This document shows, piece by piece, positions 63,801 through 64,000 of a stretch of DNA of 64,000 nucleotides; position 1 is the first letter of the stretch; the number at the start of each line of letters is the position of its first letter. The DNA is from Zygnema circumcarinatum SAG 698-1b (taxonomy: Eukaryota; Plantae; Zygnematophyceae): positions 124,001-188,000 of the forward strand of contig CM074808.1 in the NCBI GenBank assembly GCA_037447605.1. Reading direction: 5' to 3'. Below the pieces are notes generated by a model that saw only the letters and a program-made list of their open reading frames with translations, was not told the DNA's origin and did no database searches. The position numbers and the translations under genes were made by a program.

Positions 63801-64000
63801 TTCTTGTTTCAGTTTCTGGTTTCCGTTTCTGACTCTGCTTCGGTTTTAGTTTCCGGTTTGGTTTCGGTTTGTTGTCCGATTTCGACGTTGTTTGCATTCC
63901 TGTTTGCGGGTATGTCTCTGTTCTGTTTGCGTGGGAACTCTGTTTGTGTCATTGGTTCCGTGCCAGTTTCAATTTCAGCTTTGGTTTCTGTGCTCGTTTG
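60854..64000 (+). CDS. eIF3h: Eukaryotic translation initiation factor 3 subunit H, 5' part (runs off the window)
   Basis: VPLRTVQIDGS|VILKMVKHCKECMPQLVTGLLLGLDIGSTLEVTASFPFP|...YQLEMMRCLREVNIDNNTVGW|YQSTYMG...|ENIKRCVCIIYDP. The first exon (ATG at 60854) is uncertain because its phase does not join the next exon directly. Confidence 0.92.
63020..63600. repeat. Interstitial telomere-like tract in an eIF3h intron; perfect (TTAGGG)n at ~63393-63497 around an N-gap
   Basis: Direct. Confidence 0.9.

Overview
Eukaryotic, intron-rich nuclear DNA from a green-plant lineage. It is most likely a streptophyte alga or non-flowering plant (inference from plant-type eIF4B, a plastid-type phenylalanine hydroxylase and telo-box-like repeats). 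Genes I can reconstruct, left to right: an unidentified minus-strand gene and tRNA-splicing endonuclease Sen34 (this block is present twice, next to N-gaps), the 5' part of a phenylalanine hydroxylase, a small four-helix CX9C protein, tRNA 2'-phosphotransferase Tpt1 with a very long disordered N-terminus, a SNAPC5/SNAP19-like small protein, an AVT3-type amino-acid transporter, a ~16.5-kb NPC1 gene with a 992-bp three-exon tandem duplication, an unidentified coiled-coil gene, a YaaW/UPF0174-like gene whose intron holds a ~2.6-kb telomere-related satellite, eIF4B, DPH2 and eIF3h (runs off the right edge). Gene orientation alternates almost perfectly, giving six head-to-head pairs. Their intergenic regions carry motif clusters (GTAC, CCACGTGG, CTGCCCG), MITE-like elements and palindromic minisatellites. 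There are nine N-gaps and several homopolymer or 1-bp inconsistencies, so the duplications and frameshifts may be assembly artefacts. All protein identifications rest on motif recognition from memory; no searches were run.
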